A DNA stretch of 63,850 bases, filler included, from Dicyema japonicum (Eukaryota; Animalia; Dicyemida), in NCBI GenBank assembly GCA_011109175.1. It is 6 parts of 6 records of this genome, joined end to end, with 100 filler letters (N's around TTAATTAATTAA, not from the genome) between each part and the next. Parts side by side here need not be neighbours in the genome. Positions count along the whole stretch, not along the records: positions 1 to 18,077 come from RDEW01000070.1; positions 18,178 to 28,490 come from RDEW01000194.1; 4 more parts are not named here. One strand, 5' to 3'. Shown piece by piece: positions 11,081 through 22,998 of the stretch (within the stretch, counting starts at the first letter, position 1; each line of letters opens with the position of its first letter). The position numbers and the translations under genes are program-made. The notes beneath the pieces are model-generated. The model saw only the letters and a program-made list of their open reading frames with translations. It was not told the DNA's origin and searched no databases.

Positions 11081-12696
11081 TGTCGCAAGCGCAGAAAGCA
11101 ACTTTGACACATGTCAAACCTATCATCCGCCTATCAATCTAATTGACGACTAATCGATAAATGAAGAAAAAAGAATCATTATATTTTTTTATTAAATCAG
11201 ATTATTCTTGACGTCATTAACATTTATTATTATTTGTTTTATGGAAATTTAAATATTTTTTGTCAGCATATCATAACCACAAATTAATTTTGTCTCTTGC
11301 CTGTTATGTCACATCACGTTTGTTTGTGAAAGATCAAGATGAATATAATTTGTTGAGATCTTTACTTAATAATGAGGATGTCGATCTCCCCAAGCATAGG
11401 AAGTATCGACTCAAAAAGAAAGCCGAAAATTTCATAATCAATGAGGGGAGATTATATCTTAAGGATGTAAATGGGCTACACAAGCTCGTAATTTTTTCCA
11501 CGAATATAGAATAAATGAATATAATCGCTCGGGAGATTCATGAGGCCAATCATTTTGGGCACAATCCATTGGAAGTTCTTTGTAGAAGATTTCTTATAAT
11601 AAAAAGAGAGATCATTCGACAAATTGTTAGAGAATGCAATATTTTCCAATTCTCAGTACCACTAAAACAATATGATGATTTCTATTCATATTGTTGTGGC
11701 CTAATGAGAGATTACAAGTCGATATGATTGATCTTATAAGGCTTGAAAGTTTATCTTAGTTCATAGAATTAAAAATCAAAATAGACATTTACCTTTGTTG
11801 CTTTCTGTTGTTGATGTTTATTCCAAATATGCTTTTACGAAAAATCTTATGAATAAAAGCGGACGTGAAGTGTCCCAGAAGAAATTTTTATGGAATACGG
11901 CCCATGTGTATATTTAAATCCAACAATGGTACAGAATTCAAGAATTGTCATATGACAAAGTTATGCAAAGAATTTAATGTTACGCAAAAACATGGAAGAC
12001 CCAACAATCCCAAAGTCAAGGGTTTTGGAAGATTTAACCAATAAGTTTGGATAATAAAAAGGAGTGGGTGAGATACATTCCAAGGGCTGTTTTTATATAA
12101 TCAAACGCCTCACTCATCCACAGGTAAATTGTTCTTATATTTTTTGTAGGAGTTAGTCCGTTCCAAAGATATCGTGGGATTCCAGGATTTAATACTGTAG
12201 TAAAAAACAATACCGAACGAGACAGCGTAGAAACATTCAGAAAAGGATATGTATATAAATAAATTTTAGATGATTTTGAGTTTAATTTTCCTAAAATTAA
12301 TTTCGATTCCTCATATTATAAGAGGATGAATAGGAATATGGGAGTACATTGCTCAAAATATGATTTGGATGTTGGAGATATTGATTCGATTTTTAATTAC
12401 TTAAAAGGCTCGCATTCAAAAGATTATGAGACGAATCCTTCTCTTAAATTAACAAAGTTCGAACATCCGTACGGGGATCCAGTTACTATTGTTGCAAAAT
12501 TGTCTAACAATTTTGTCAATGTGGAAAATAGTGATGGATTGGTAATGAAAATACATTCAAAAAGACTTAAAAAGTTGAATGAGTCACTAATAACAGTTAA
12601 AAATAATTATTATTCTTAATCTTGAAAAAAATAAGTTAATTTGATTGACATTGACTGGTCGCACGTAGCGCTCGTTTGTTCACTGCGCTCGCGACA
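11081..12696 (+). mobile_element. Ginger-like DNA transposon with a decayed retroviral-type integrase
   Basis: 14-bp TIR TGTCGC[A/G]AGCGCAG at both ends, flanked by the 5-bp repeat TAATA (11076-11080 and 12697-12701). An HHCC-like zinc finger and the rve motifs DVYSKYAF, NNGTEF and GRPNNPKSQG are present. No RT or LTRs were seen. Confidence 0.8.
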
Positions 12697-13044
12697 TAAT
12701 ATGAATAGAATTGATTGCCAAAGTTACAGGTTGAATCAATAACACGAACAATTAATACGTTTTAAGTAAAAGCAAACTAAGTTTTTATAAGTGACTGCTT
12801 GAAAACTCACAGTCCAATCTGTTATTGCAAACGAATTCATCAGGCCTTTTGTTCAGCACTCGTTGCACTGCGTCACCAGGTTATTCTTAATTCGTTGGGA
12901 TATTTCTATCATCAAGTTTAGGTTGAGAGTCATCATTCAAAACAGATATTAAAGCATTTTAGGTCTGACTTTCTTCAATTGAATAGGGTACTTGTCCTCC
13001 ACTTGATTGGTCTTTTCGCACGTGTACCGCACGGGGGACACATA

Positions 13045-13110
13045 GAACCCGTAGGCTAAGCCACTTAAGCCGACACCTAAACCACTATGCCACCCGGCTA
13101 AAAGGCAATT
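13045..13110 (-). mobile_element. tRNA-derived SINE head truncating the IQCH copy
   Basis: gggtggcatagtggtttaggtgtcggcttaagtggcttagcctacgggttc carries A and B boxes; the SINE body is absent. Confidence 0.75.
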
Positions 13111-14702
13111 TCTCGATATTTGCTTACTCTGCCACAAATTAAAGTCAATATAGGATCCTCGGAATTTCTCTGAATACCCGAATGAGGGAATGTGAATGAT
13201 TATGCGCTTTCTAGACTTTATTTCACCCCATTTTTCACAGAAACGCTGAAATTACAGTTCACCAACCTCTTTCCTAATATAAAAGTTTTTGAGTGCTCTT
13301 TCCCGCTTGCTTCGGGCCAACTTTTTCGCTTTAAAAGTAACACTCGATGTAAGAAGGATTGAGGCTTTGGTGAACTCAAAGTTTGATTTTCTAGATTTGA
13401 GTTCATTCTTGTAGTGTTTTCTCCCCAAATATCCTCTCCAATATCTTTGTATGGTTACTACAGCTGCGCTAAATCCATTCTTGCTAATGAACCGTCTCCC
13501 CTAAAAGGTCATTAATCAACAAACTGGCTGATTAATGAGATCGAGAACATCCCCCTTATTTAAGCATAAATCTGCCATTTGGTGGGCTGTAATCGTAATA
13601 TTGAGTCGTTGAAGGTTAGAAAATTCAGCTAATCTGCAATTATTATTGACATTTACTTGAATCCATCAATCAAAGCCAAGGGTACCGAGTATTCCTCACA
13701 GATACCTTGTATTTTTTCCAACAAAACAAATATTCTGACAATAAAATAAAACAAACGTGTCCATGTCATCAAAATATTCCTTTTTGTATTTGAAATAATA
13801 AATGTCGCTGTTGTAATTTGCCACCTTTCCGCTGATAACACGGAAAACGAAGGATTTGTCACTTTCCGTCTTTTTCCGTGCATAAATCTCAATCCATTTC
13901 TAATTTTATACGATTAAACAGACGTCCGTTGAATTATCCTTACTCAACTTGTTCTGCGGTTTTTGACTTTTCAGTGAATTCCTTTTCCGTGATGTCTACT
14001 ATTACGACGACATTACTGATTTTGGTTGATCTTTGATTTGCAGTTTATCAGTGACGCTGAATCTCCCCATTTTATTGTTCCTCCCTAAATAATCAGGATT
14101 GATAACCCTTCTTGTGGTCGAACTTCAACGAGATCTACATTTAGGGGTACTCGAACTCTATTTACGAACTGTTGTCTACTTTTCTTACTGTAATCAAGGA
14201 ATTCTGTGGGTCCAATCTACAGTTAGCACATTTCACTACAGGTTGGTTGAATTTATAGTTGTTTGACACCTTACTTTTGGGTTTTGGGGGAATTAATTGC
14301 TATCATTACAATCAACTTTACTGTTTGTCTGTTTTCAGGTTTGTCATGCATAATTTTAACTTTGTAAAGAGAACTATATTGATTAATCTGCAAACTTGTC
14401 AGGTCTGATTATTGGAAGCCATGAACTTTTGTTTTGTTCCTCACATTTGTATGATGGCCGATTAACCTCGAATGGGTATATTTCGATTTGGTTAGTCAAA
14501 CTACAGATCTGGTCGTCCACACTTCCCTAATTGTAATTAAATGGTGTTTCCTTTATCTTATCATTCAATTCGTTTATTTCGTTTAGAATGCTTATTCTAT
14601 CAACTTTGTCATCATCGAGGTTCTCTAGTGAAGTTTTGAGTTTTGACAAGTCGTTTTGAATATAATTTTAAATTTAAATTTTACTTTTATTAGTGTACTC
14701 AT
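13108..14702 (-). pseudogene. IQCH: IQCH (IQ motif containing H) 5' half with many 21-24 nt introns, 3'-truncated, two non-canonical splice sites
   Basis: Spliced exons give MSTLIKIQNDLSKLK...IFVLLEKIQGICEEYSVP...LINQPGRRFISKNGFSAAVVTIQRYWRGYLGRK (IQ motif)...RIIIHIPSFGYSEKFR...QSKQISR. This matches the remembered IQCH segment RTIIHIPSLGYSQ. Confidence 0.8.
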
Positions 14703-15675
14703 AATTATATGGAAACTCGGTTTATTTAAATATTATTTATTAATATAATAATTAATTTAATTTAATTGACTCTTGCATAAATTAGGATGGTGCAGTATAA
14801 TAATTGCCGGATTGCCCATTTCGGTCTAAAGTTTCACGTATCTACGATGCTTCTGGGATTTAAGATTGACGCCTTCATCAGTGATTCATTTGTGTTTACA
14901 ATCAAACGTGACCTCACTGAATATCCGACCAAATCCTAACAAATGAAGTCCAGTGGTTGAGTGTCCCTGTGGTAAAAAAACACATACCAAGCACATTTCC
15001 AGTAGATTTTTTATGAGGTAAAAATAAGATCCTGATATCAAAGCAAGGTTGATAATGTTCACGTGGGTAGGTCCTTAATTAAAAATACTTAAAAATGTTA
15101 AAATGATTTTTTGTGATCAAATGATGACAATGCCAAAGTCCCCAAGTATAGTTGATGGAAAAATTCAATTCTCTAAAAAAGTGCTAAAATGAAAGTTCAA
15201 ATCAACAATATGAATCACGTGCTGGTCTATAACTTAAAATTGTAAAAAATTACTGATTATATTGTTTTTCTTCACCTTCCAGAACTCTGGATCTTATGAA
15301 AATTTTGTAAAGGAATCATTAATGAATTTTGATATACAAGTTAAAGACCCACGTGAACGAAAATGATTTTCTTAGCGCCTTGGAATTTGCATCGTCCACG
15401 GCAATGCTTACTGTCTCATAACAGAAGGAGGTTGAGTTATATATGTTGCTAATTCAAGAGTCTAAACTTTCTCCAAAGAATTCAACACCAGTATTTCCGG
15501 GATTCACAGTAATTCGCCGTGACAGAATTGGCAAACTTGGTGGGGGTCTTCTCACAGTTATCCGCAACGGCATTCTGTTTGAGGACTTAACTAACAGTGC
15601 CTACACTATGCTTAAAGGATATGGAAATCTCGAACTTTTGGTTACCAAAATACGATTCTCAAGAATATATATANT

Positions 15676-18077
15676 GTGAAAGAAAATCACATTGATCTGT
15701 TGCTAATTCAAGAATCTAAACTTTCTCCAAAGAATTCAACACCAGTATTTCCGGGATTCACAGTAATTCGCCGTGACAGAATTGGCAAACTTGGTGGGGG
15801 TCTTCTCACAGTTATTCGCAACGGCATTCCGTTTGAGGACATAACCAACAGTGCTTACACTATGCTTAAAGGATATGGAAATCTCGAACTTTTGGTTACC
15901 AAAATACGATTCCCAAGACTATCAATAACAATTGTCAACGCATATCTCCCACCACTGAGTTCCTGCTCGTCCAGTGCCCCCAGACTCACTCCTCTCGCGT
16001 CACTAAAGGATGTGATTATCTGTGGTGACTTCAATGCGAAGCACCCACTGTGGCTGACAGGACAAACCTACGACAAAAGAGGGAAGATGATAATTGAGGA
16101 CCTCCACAGCCTATGTATACTCAACGATCCTGCATCTCATACAAGAACACCTACTCGACGTAATGATAAACCTTCTTCTATCGACATCTCATTGTCATCA
16201 CCGTCCTTGGCCCCACTTATTGACTGGTCAGTGAAGTATGACACCAGTAGTGACCACAACCCAATATTTTTGGAGGTCAAAACAAGGTCACGGATAAAAG
16301 GACAATGCCCAACAATAACTAACTACAGCCTTGCGAATTGGAAAGGATTCAAGGAATACGTCGATAATTGTATTGGACTATTAAATTTCCCCACTTTTCC
16401 CTCCGTCGAACAATTAGTGAAATGGTTCAACTCCATTATAAACGATGCGAAAAAGAAGTACATTCCTATGGGGAGACAACCAACGTCATCAAAACGTTTT
16501 AACACAACGACGAAACATCTGATCGGAGAACGAAATAATCTAAAGATGGTAAAATCGCCAACAGAAGAGAACATCAGGAAAATACGAGAATTGAACAGAG
16601 AGATCGACAACAACATAAAGACAGAAAATGCAAATAGATGGACGAGACTATCGAAAGCTCTCTACAAAAACCCCCCAATGCAAAGAGTGTGGAAGTGGAT
16701 CAAAAACATCAAAAGACCCTCCCCAGAGAGAAAAGTCGAAGTCTACATAAAACCAGACACTCTGATAAAATATTACACATCTATATCCTACAGGAAGTTT
16801 TCAAAAGAACACCAAGTATTCCTGAAAAAGATTGAACCGAAACGCTCCGATAACTGGATCCTATTTACTAGTCAGGATGTTCGCAGAGCCATATCTAAGG
16901 CCAACAACTCAGAGGCCAAAGGACCAGACAACATAACCACATGTGAACTGAAGCACCTAGGCCATCGAGCCCTGGAACTATTAGCCTATATATTCAACCT
17001 ATCCATTAACACAAATACAATCCCTGAAATATGGAAGAAGTCTCTAATCAGACCTATCCGAAAACCCAACAAACCAATAGATGAACCATCTTCCTATCGC
17101 CCAATATCTATTCTAAGTCCGGTCTCAAGGATCCTTGAAAGGCTTGTTTTGGAAAAAATACAAGACTCAATCTCAATACCTCCGACCCAGCACGGATTCC
17201 GGGACAACCATTCGACAACAACACACCTTACAACCCTCACACAATTCATTGCGGAAGGATTTAACTCCCCCAAACCCCATCAGAGGACAGTAATTATATC
17301 CGTGGACATCACAAAAGCGTTCGACTCAGTCCCTAGGAAACTCTAACAAAGAAAATATATGAAACCAACATCCATCCGAACCTGAAACTTTGGCTTGGAA
17401 ACTTCCTAAATGGAAGACGAGCACAAGTGCTCTGCAACAACATCAAATCAAGATCTCGCTATTTCCCAAATGGAGTCCCTCAAGGCTCCCCACTATCACC
17501 CCAACTCTTCAATCTCTACATAAACGACATGCCACAAACCTGTAATGAAAACTGTCTAATCCTCTCATATGCCGACGATATCATTCTTGCCTCCAAGGAC
17601 AGAAACATTCAATCAGCGACTCAGTTGGCTCAACAAATGCTCGATAACTTGGAACTATGGCTCTCGAAGCGGAGACTTGACACATCAGCAGCAAAGTCCT
17701 TTGTCACACTGTTTACCACCTACAAGAGACAGCTCTGTATCGAACCAAAAGTCTTTATGAAGAACGAAGCTATCTCTATTAACAAAACACCGAAGATTCT
17801 GGGAGTAACCTTTGATCAGGGACTCACCTTTATCCGGCATGTTGAAAACAGAGTAACTTCTGCTCTGAAAAAATTAAGAATTTTAAAAGTGCTCTCAAAA
17901 ATATTTAGAGATCAAACTGGGATCCTTGCCACGATTTACAAACAATTCATCCGACCAACGATGACGTATGCAAGTCCTTCATGGGCAATGCAAATGTCAC
18001 GATCTTCCACATTGAAGTTATCTGCAATCGAGGAGACTGCAATAAGGTTAATTGGACCAGATCACAACATCCAACCT
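15676..18077 (+). mobile_element. I/Jockey-group LINE ORF2 (APE endonuclease and RT), nearly intact, running into a gap
   Basis: LIQESKL, GDFNAKH, SSIDISL, SDHNP; KGPDNI, YRPISILS, VDITKAFDSV, GVPQGSPLSP, YADD. A single frame break lies near 17340. Confidence 0.95.
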
Positions 18078-18456
18078 NNNNNNNNNNNNNNNNNNNNNNN
18101 NNNNNNNNNNNNNNNNNNNNNTTAATTAATTAANNNNNNNNNNNNNNNNNNNNNNNNNNNNNNNNNNNNNNNNNNNNAACATTATTTTGGAGAGTTAAAA
18201 TTGTATAAGAAGTATTTATGTCCTTTTTTGAAAAGAAAATTTCAAATAGACTAAATGAACAAATTATGGATATTTGCTTTTTGACTGTGAAGAAATTAAT
18301 GAGGAGACTATGAACCTTGTTGCGAATTGGATGAAAAAAGTTAATTATTCTCGATTATTATATTTTATTTAAAAAAGTAATATTAAATTGATTTATTTAA
18401 AATTTAATAATAATATTAAAAATTTTGAGCGTCAAATTAAATAATATAAGTTGTAA

Positions 18457-19031
18457 ATGCCACCAGTTTGTTATAATTCGTAAGTATAAATTAGAAAAAA
18501 GCTCCAGCAAAAAACGATAAAACTGCAAAGGGTTCTAAGGGTCAGCAGAAAACAATACAAAAGATCCAGCAAAAGGGGAAGGTTAAAGCATCCATTCAGT
18601 CTTATTCAGGTCTTAGTAAAGCAAAGAAAAAGGTATCTGTTCACATAAAAAGAAGAAATGGGTTAAAAAGGCAGAGAAAGAGAAACTGAACAGTCATATA
18701 TTTTTTACAAAACAACAATATGAAAAGTTTACGAAAGAAATACCAAAAATGAAGCTCATTACTCCGTGCATTGTGGCTGAAAAATACAAAATCACAGTTT
18801 CTTTGGCTAAGTCAGCTTTGGAAAATCTTTATTCTAGAGGTCTCAGATTTTATAATTCCAGGGCTTATAAAACAAGAGATCCGACATTCCACGTTAAGAG
18901 TCTATAGTGCATACAAACCAGAGGAACTTCCACTGTCGAAAAATAAACCCACTGAAAACTCTACTTCCAAGGAAGAAACTCAAAGAGATCCCGTCCAGTC
19001 TGTAGAACCAGTAGAAATTGTAGCCAGTTAA
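18457..19031 (+). CDS. RPS25: 40S ribosomal protein S25 (eS25) with 3-4 tiny introns
   Basis: ATG CCA CCA is followed by a 29-nt intron (18466-18494). The product reads SKAKKK|KKWVKKAEKEKLNSHIFFTKQQYEKFTKEIPKMKLITPCIVAEKYKITVSLAKSALENLYSRG|LIK, with 20/23-nt and 22-nt introns. This matches the eS25 consensus KKKWSKGK...KLN...LITP...GLIK. Confidence 0.92.
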
Positions 19032-19419
19032 TTAATTTCTTTGTTACAAATTGTTGTTTAATTAATCTGAAAACGTGTAGACTATTAATTGTCAATATAT
19101 GAATGCTTACTTGCTATATTAGTGCACTGCACAATATCTTTCTTCCATTCAAGATTCTAACTTGTAGGCAGTCAGTTATTATCTTTCAGACGATAGCTTT
19201 GACCATTAACTTTTCACTCAAGTCTAACTCTGTCTGACTTTACAGTTCCTCATGTAATTTGCAGAATTACCGTTGCAACGACAACGAATTAGTATTGTAA
19301 AACTATCATATCTCACGATGGTCTAAACTCAGCTCACGTTCCATGTTAGTAGAAGAAAAACCCTACACTTTGCAATTCATGCTTCGAAATGCCTCCTCGA
19401 ATAGTGTAATGATTGTCGG

Positions 19420-19715
19420 GAAACTGGCCTGGTGGCCCCTCGTTCAAATCTTGCTGTTATACATTCTGGTTGAAGGTTCCACACATCTAAGATGTTTTGG
19501 TTTGACGAGTGATGCCGTCATCAGTGAACATCTCACTGCGGAACCGGATCGTCTGCAAAAGGACTCACACCCAACATAAAGAAAAAAAAAGTAAAGAGTA
19601 TTCCTTTGTTCTCCCTCATCGATTAGTTATAATAACTGTTCTTTACTTAAAATAAAGAGTGTGTTTTCTCCCTGGAAGTAGCTATAGCTAATATGGCTCT
19701 TCATAAAGTGCAATG
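19420..19715 (+). mobile_element. tRNA-derived SINE, degenerate head, variant tail
   Basis: Body ggaaggttccac...gtttgacgagtgatgccgtcatcagtg...gattagtt...aaataaag. Confidence 0.85.
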
Positions 19716-19911
19716 TGAATTCTTTTACTAGACTGTCTTCATATCTTTAATCTTTGATAGGAATCTATTGAAGGTCTCTATATTATTGAATATAAGTTTA
19801 AATTCTCCATGTAAAAATAATTTCTATTTCATTTCCCGTTGTAGAAATTTTTGTCCACTCATGCAGGTTCTTCTATAGATATTTACGATAATGTTCCCAG
19901 TCCACATATAT

Positions 19912-20080
19912 AATAAAACCTTTTCACGAGAGCCATAATATTTATAGCTCCGCATCGGCAGGAAACACTTTATTTAAGTAAAGAACAGTTAATTTTAACT
20001 AATCGTAGAACCAAGGAATGATCTTCATTTCTTTTTTTCTTGTGTGAGTGTCCTTTCTAAACAATCCAGTTCCGCAGTGA
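19912..20080 (-). mobile_element. SINE 3' half
   Basis: Matches 41690-41855 in reverse. Confidence 0.88.
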
Positions 20081-20109
20081 TAATAGTCGACCAAAGATGC
20101 TGTTTGGTC

Positions 20110-20846
20110 CCACAGGTGAATATGTGCAATGTGTCAACGATACAGGAGTGATTTAAGATTTTGGGAGTGACATGTCCAGTGCGTTTAACACTGTCAACAG
20201 AAAAATATTCTTGGACGTTGCTGGGAGTTTCCTTGATGAGGATAACACAAGACTTGTCCGTTTCCTATTATCTAAAACTGAATTAACTGTACGAGTTGGG
20301 AACACAAAATCGAAGCCTTTCGGGACAATAGTTGGAATACCTCAAAGGGACTTTCTATCTCCAGTTCTATTCGTCGTATACTTGGAAGCGGCATTGAGAG
20401 CTCTTAGAACAAAATGGAAAGGATGCATGCCGATTATATATGCAAATGACATAGATTTTGTGTCAGAAAATGATCTGGAACTTGGACTTGGTTTAGAGAA
20501 AATTCCTGGAGAATTTAAGATTTGGTCTTTGCGAGTTAATCAGGAAAAGACTGAACACATTATTGAATCAAGATGGAGACTGTTTGGGCACGTGCTTAGA
20601 GTGGACATAAACGCCCCTGCAAATATAATAACGGACAATTACTTTAACAATGAGAACAAACCATCGTACAGAGAAAGGCCCAGAGTTTCCCTCCCCGTGG
20701 CTCTGAACAAGGATCTTAATGGAATTGGAAGAAAACTTAAATCTGCAGAAGACCTAGAAGATCTACTGACAGATGCGCAAAGCAGAGAGCGATGGAGACG
20801 CCTAGTGAAGCAAATTTCAAGACGTGTGGCACAAATGGGACCTTAG
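20110..20846 (+). mobile_element. RTE-clade LINE 3' portion with an internal deletion
   Basis: DMSSAFNTVNR, GIPQRDFLSPVLF, YANDIDF and RWRLFGHVLR. The thumb region is missing between TEH and RWRLFG. Confidence 0.85.
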
Positions 20847-20869
20847 TTAATATAATTGAAATTGAATTG

Positions 20870-21866
20870 AAATTTATTTCCAAAGACCACAGTTAAAGAC
20901 AAAAACAAAAAATTATGTGATCCCGGAGAATTTCAAAAGAGCTATCAGCTTGGCCCGGTGGTCTTCCCTCGATTCAACACAAGCACGCAGTGGACGAGTG
21001 ATCCTCTGGACTTGTTGGTCCTTTTTTTCTAATTATGTCTTCCAAGGGGGTAGGTGTAGAATTTAGATCGCCTTTAATCCAGTTTTCTATAACGGAAAAT
21101 CCTCTTTTTTGGGTTGCCGAAATTCTCTGGGCATTCGTCCAAGAAATTGAGGGGCCCCATGATGCACATGCATATGATATGGATGAGTCGACATTCAGGT
21201 TGTATAGTGATTTCAGAACGGGATGACTTCCGATCGTCCATAAACCAGAGATTCCCTTCAAGACAAGTTTGTAGATATTTCGATAGTATATGAAACAGAA
21301 GGCAGCTCGGTAGACTGGCCTCCTTTAAGATTTTTAGTTGTAATTCAATTAGTAGATTTTCAATAGGTTGAATCTTATTTTCTGGTCCAATCAACTTTAC
21401 TGCAGTCTCCTAAATTGCAAATAGATTCAATGAAAAGGATCGTGAAATCTGCATTGCCCACGAATGACATGCATGCGTCATCGTGTGTCTGATAAATTTT
21501 TCATAAACTTTGGTAAGGCTCCCAGTTTGGTCTTTAAGTGTTTTGAGACCATTTTTAAAATTTTCACTTTCGTCAGAGCAGAAGTTACTTTGTTCTCAAC
21601 GTGTCAGATAAAGGAGAGTCCCTGATCAAGGGTGACTCTGAGAATTTTGCGTGTTGTGCTAGTAGGAGTAGCCTTGTTATTCATAAGGATTTTTGATTCA
21701 TAGAGATGTCTTTTGTAAGTGGTAAACAGCGTGACAGAAGACTGTGTTGCTGATGTGTCAAGCCTCCGCGTCGAGATTCATACTTCTAACTTGTCAAGTA
21801 TTTGTTGAGCAAACTGAGTAACTGATTGAATGCTTCTTTCCTTGGCGGCGAAAATGATATCGCGGG
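20870..21866 (-). mobile_element. Fused LINE fragments: 15676-family piece (about 21290-21866) and a second Jockey-like 3' piece (about 20870-21290)
   Basis: 21420-21866 is the reverse complement of about 17570-18040. 20974-21261 encodes HPVLKSLY...SYACASWGPSISWTN, like 40454-40858. Confidence 0.8.
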
Positions 21867-22222
21867 CAGCAGAATGAAAAAATTAATTCAATAAATTTTT
21901 ATTATTATTTTTTTAATTTTCTGATATCTTTAATTTTAAACTATAAAAATTAACTTTTTAAATCGATCAGTTTTGTCGCAAGATCAATAAGTTAGACACC
22001 CTCCTAGGAGGTCAGGACGACATTGTGAGGAGATAGAAAATTGAAAATACAGCATTATAAAAACTGAAGAAAACCTGGATTGTCTAAAAAAAGTTGGATA
22101 CAAAAACGAGACTACATGTGTACATTTGTTGGTCAATCAAGTCTGTACTGGTTTACAACACTAAAACAAAAAAAGGAAAAAATATTAAAACTCTTAAGTG
22201 ATAACTTAATATTTTAATAATT
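21866..22222 (+). repeat. About 350 bp RTE-derived repeat; second copy at 22999-23348
   Basis: The two diverged direct copies align along their length. They encode a decayed RTE thumb segment, KLDTLLGGQDDIVRR...KTRLHVY...KSVLVYN. Confidence 0.7.
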
Positions 22223-22329
22223 ATAATAGATTTAAGGAAAAAATTCAAAAATCTGATACTTGAGAATAAATTTTAGATTATATAATTTTTATGCAATGGA
22301 CAAAGTTAGGAACATTTAAGTGATTTCTA

Positions 22330-22930
22330 AGTTACACGATATAATTGAATGGCCGGATGGAAACATGGAGGTGTACTACGATCGGGATCTGAGTGACGCA
22401 GAGAATCATTATACTGGTTAGGCCATGCAACATATCTATATGAATAAAAGCGAGACGATAAAGAAAATTTGCAGTTGTAAGGTTACAGATTCACCCAATT
22501 AGGGGTAATTGTTTGTTTAAATGGCTGCAGGAGTGATGGAATTTCTTTGGTTATTCGACCTGCTTCGACAAATAGGGGGATTACAAAACAACTCAACAAA
22601 ATGTACCCAATTTATTAGTTTTTCGAGAACTATTTAGGCAAGGAAACCGATCTCTATTTACAAATATGTAATGGAAATGAACACAAAAAAGTAGCTCATA
22701 CATGGACTGTTGATGATAATTGGTCTATTAGAATTCGGAATTAAGTTTAAATCTTTTGGTACCCACGATCACCCAAGACCACCAAATTCCAAACCCCCAG
22801 AATATGCCACAAAAGATCTTATCGAATATTTTGCACATCACGAAGATATTTCCAACATTGAAATAGCGAAAAATATTGTATTAATTATTGACGATTTAGG
22901 GACCAATTATTCACGAAGCATTTAGCAACC
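22330..22930 (+). pseudogene. GCM: GCM (glial cells missing) DNA-binding domain gene, decayed
   Basis: EWPDGNMEVYY...AENHYTG*AMQ, VIVCLNGC...IRPA, LQICNGN...VAHTW and KSFGTHDHPRP follow the order of the GCM consensus (EWPD, GWAMR, GVVVC, RPA, CRGH, VTNFW, GEHDHPKP). There is a stop at 22419-22421, plus further lesions. Confidence 0.75.
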
Positions 22931-22998
22931 CGAGAATGGTTGCTAGAAAAATTAGACAAAGCAATGTGAAAGAAGAAATTCGATTAAGAAAACTTAAA

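Noticed and set aside
14080-14110. GG-AG intron in IQCH
   Set aside because: A canonical solution with two 22-nt GT-AG introns also restores the frame.
18122-18133. TTAATTAATTAA inside N runs (also at about 28535, 54839, 57804 and 61257)
   Set aside because: It is an identical palindromic six-frame-stop linker centred in gaps, so it is a scaffolding artefact.
8706-19031. Ciliate genetic code (TAA/TAG = Gln), suggested by the tiny introns
   Set aside because: The intact genes end in TAA, use CAA/CAG for Gln and have no in-frame TAR after splicing.
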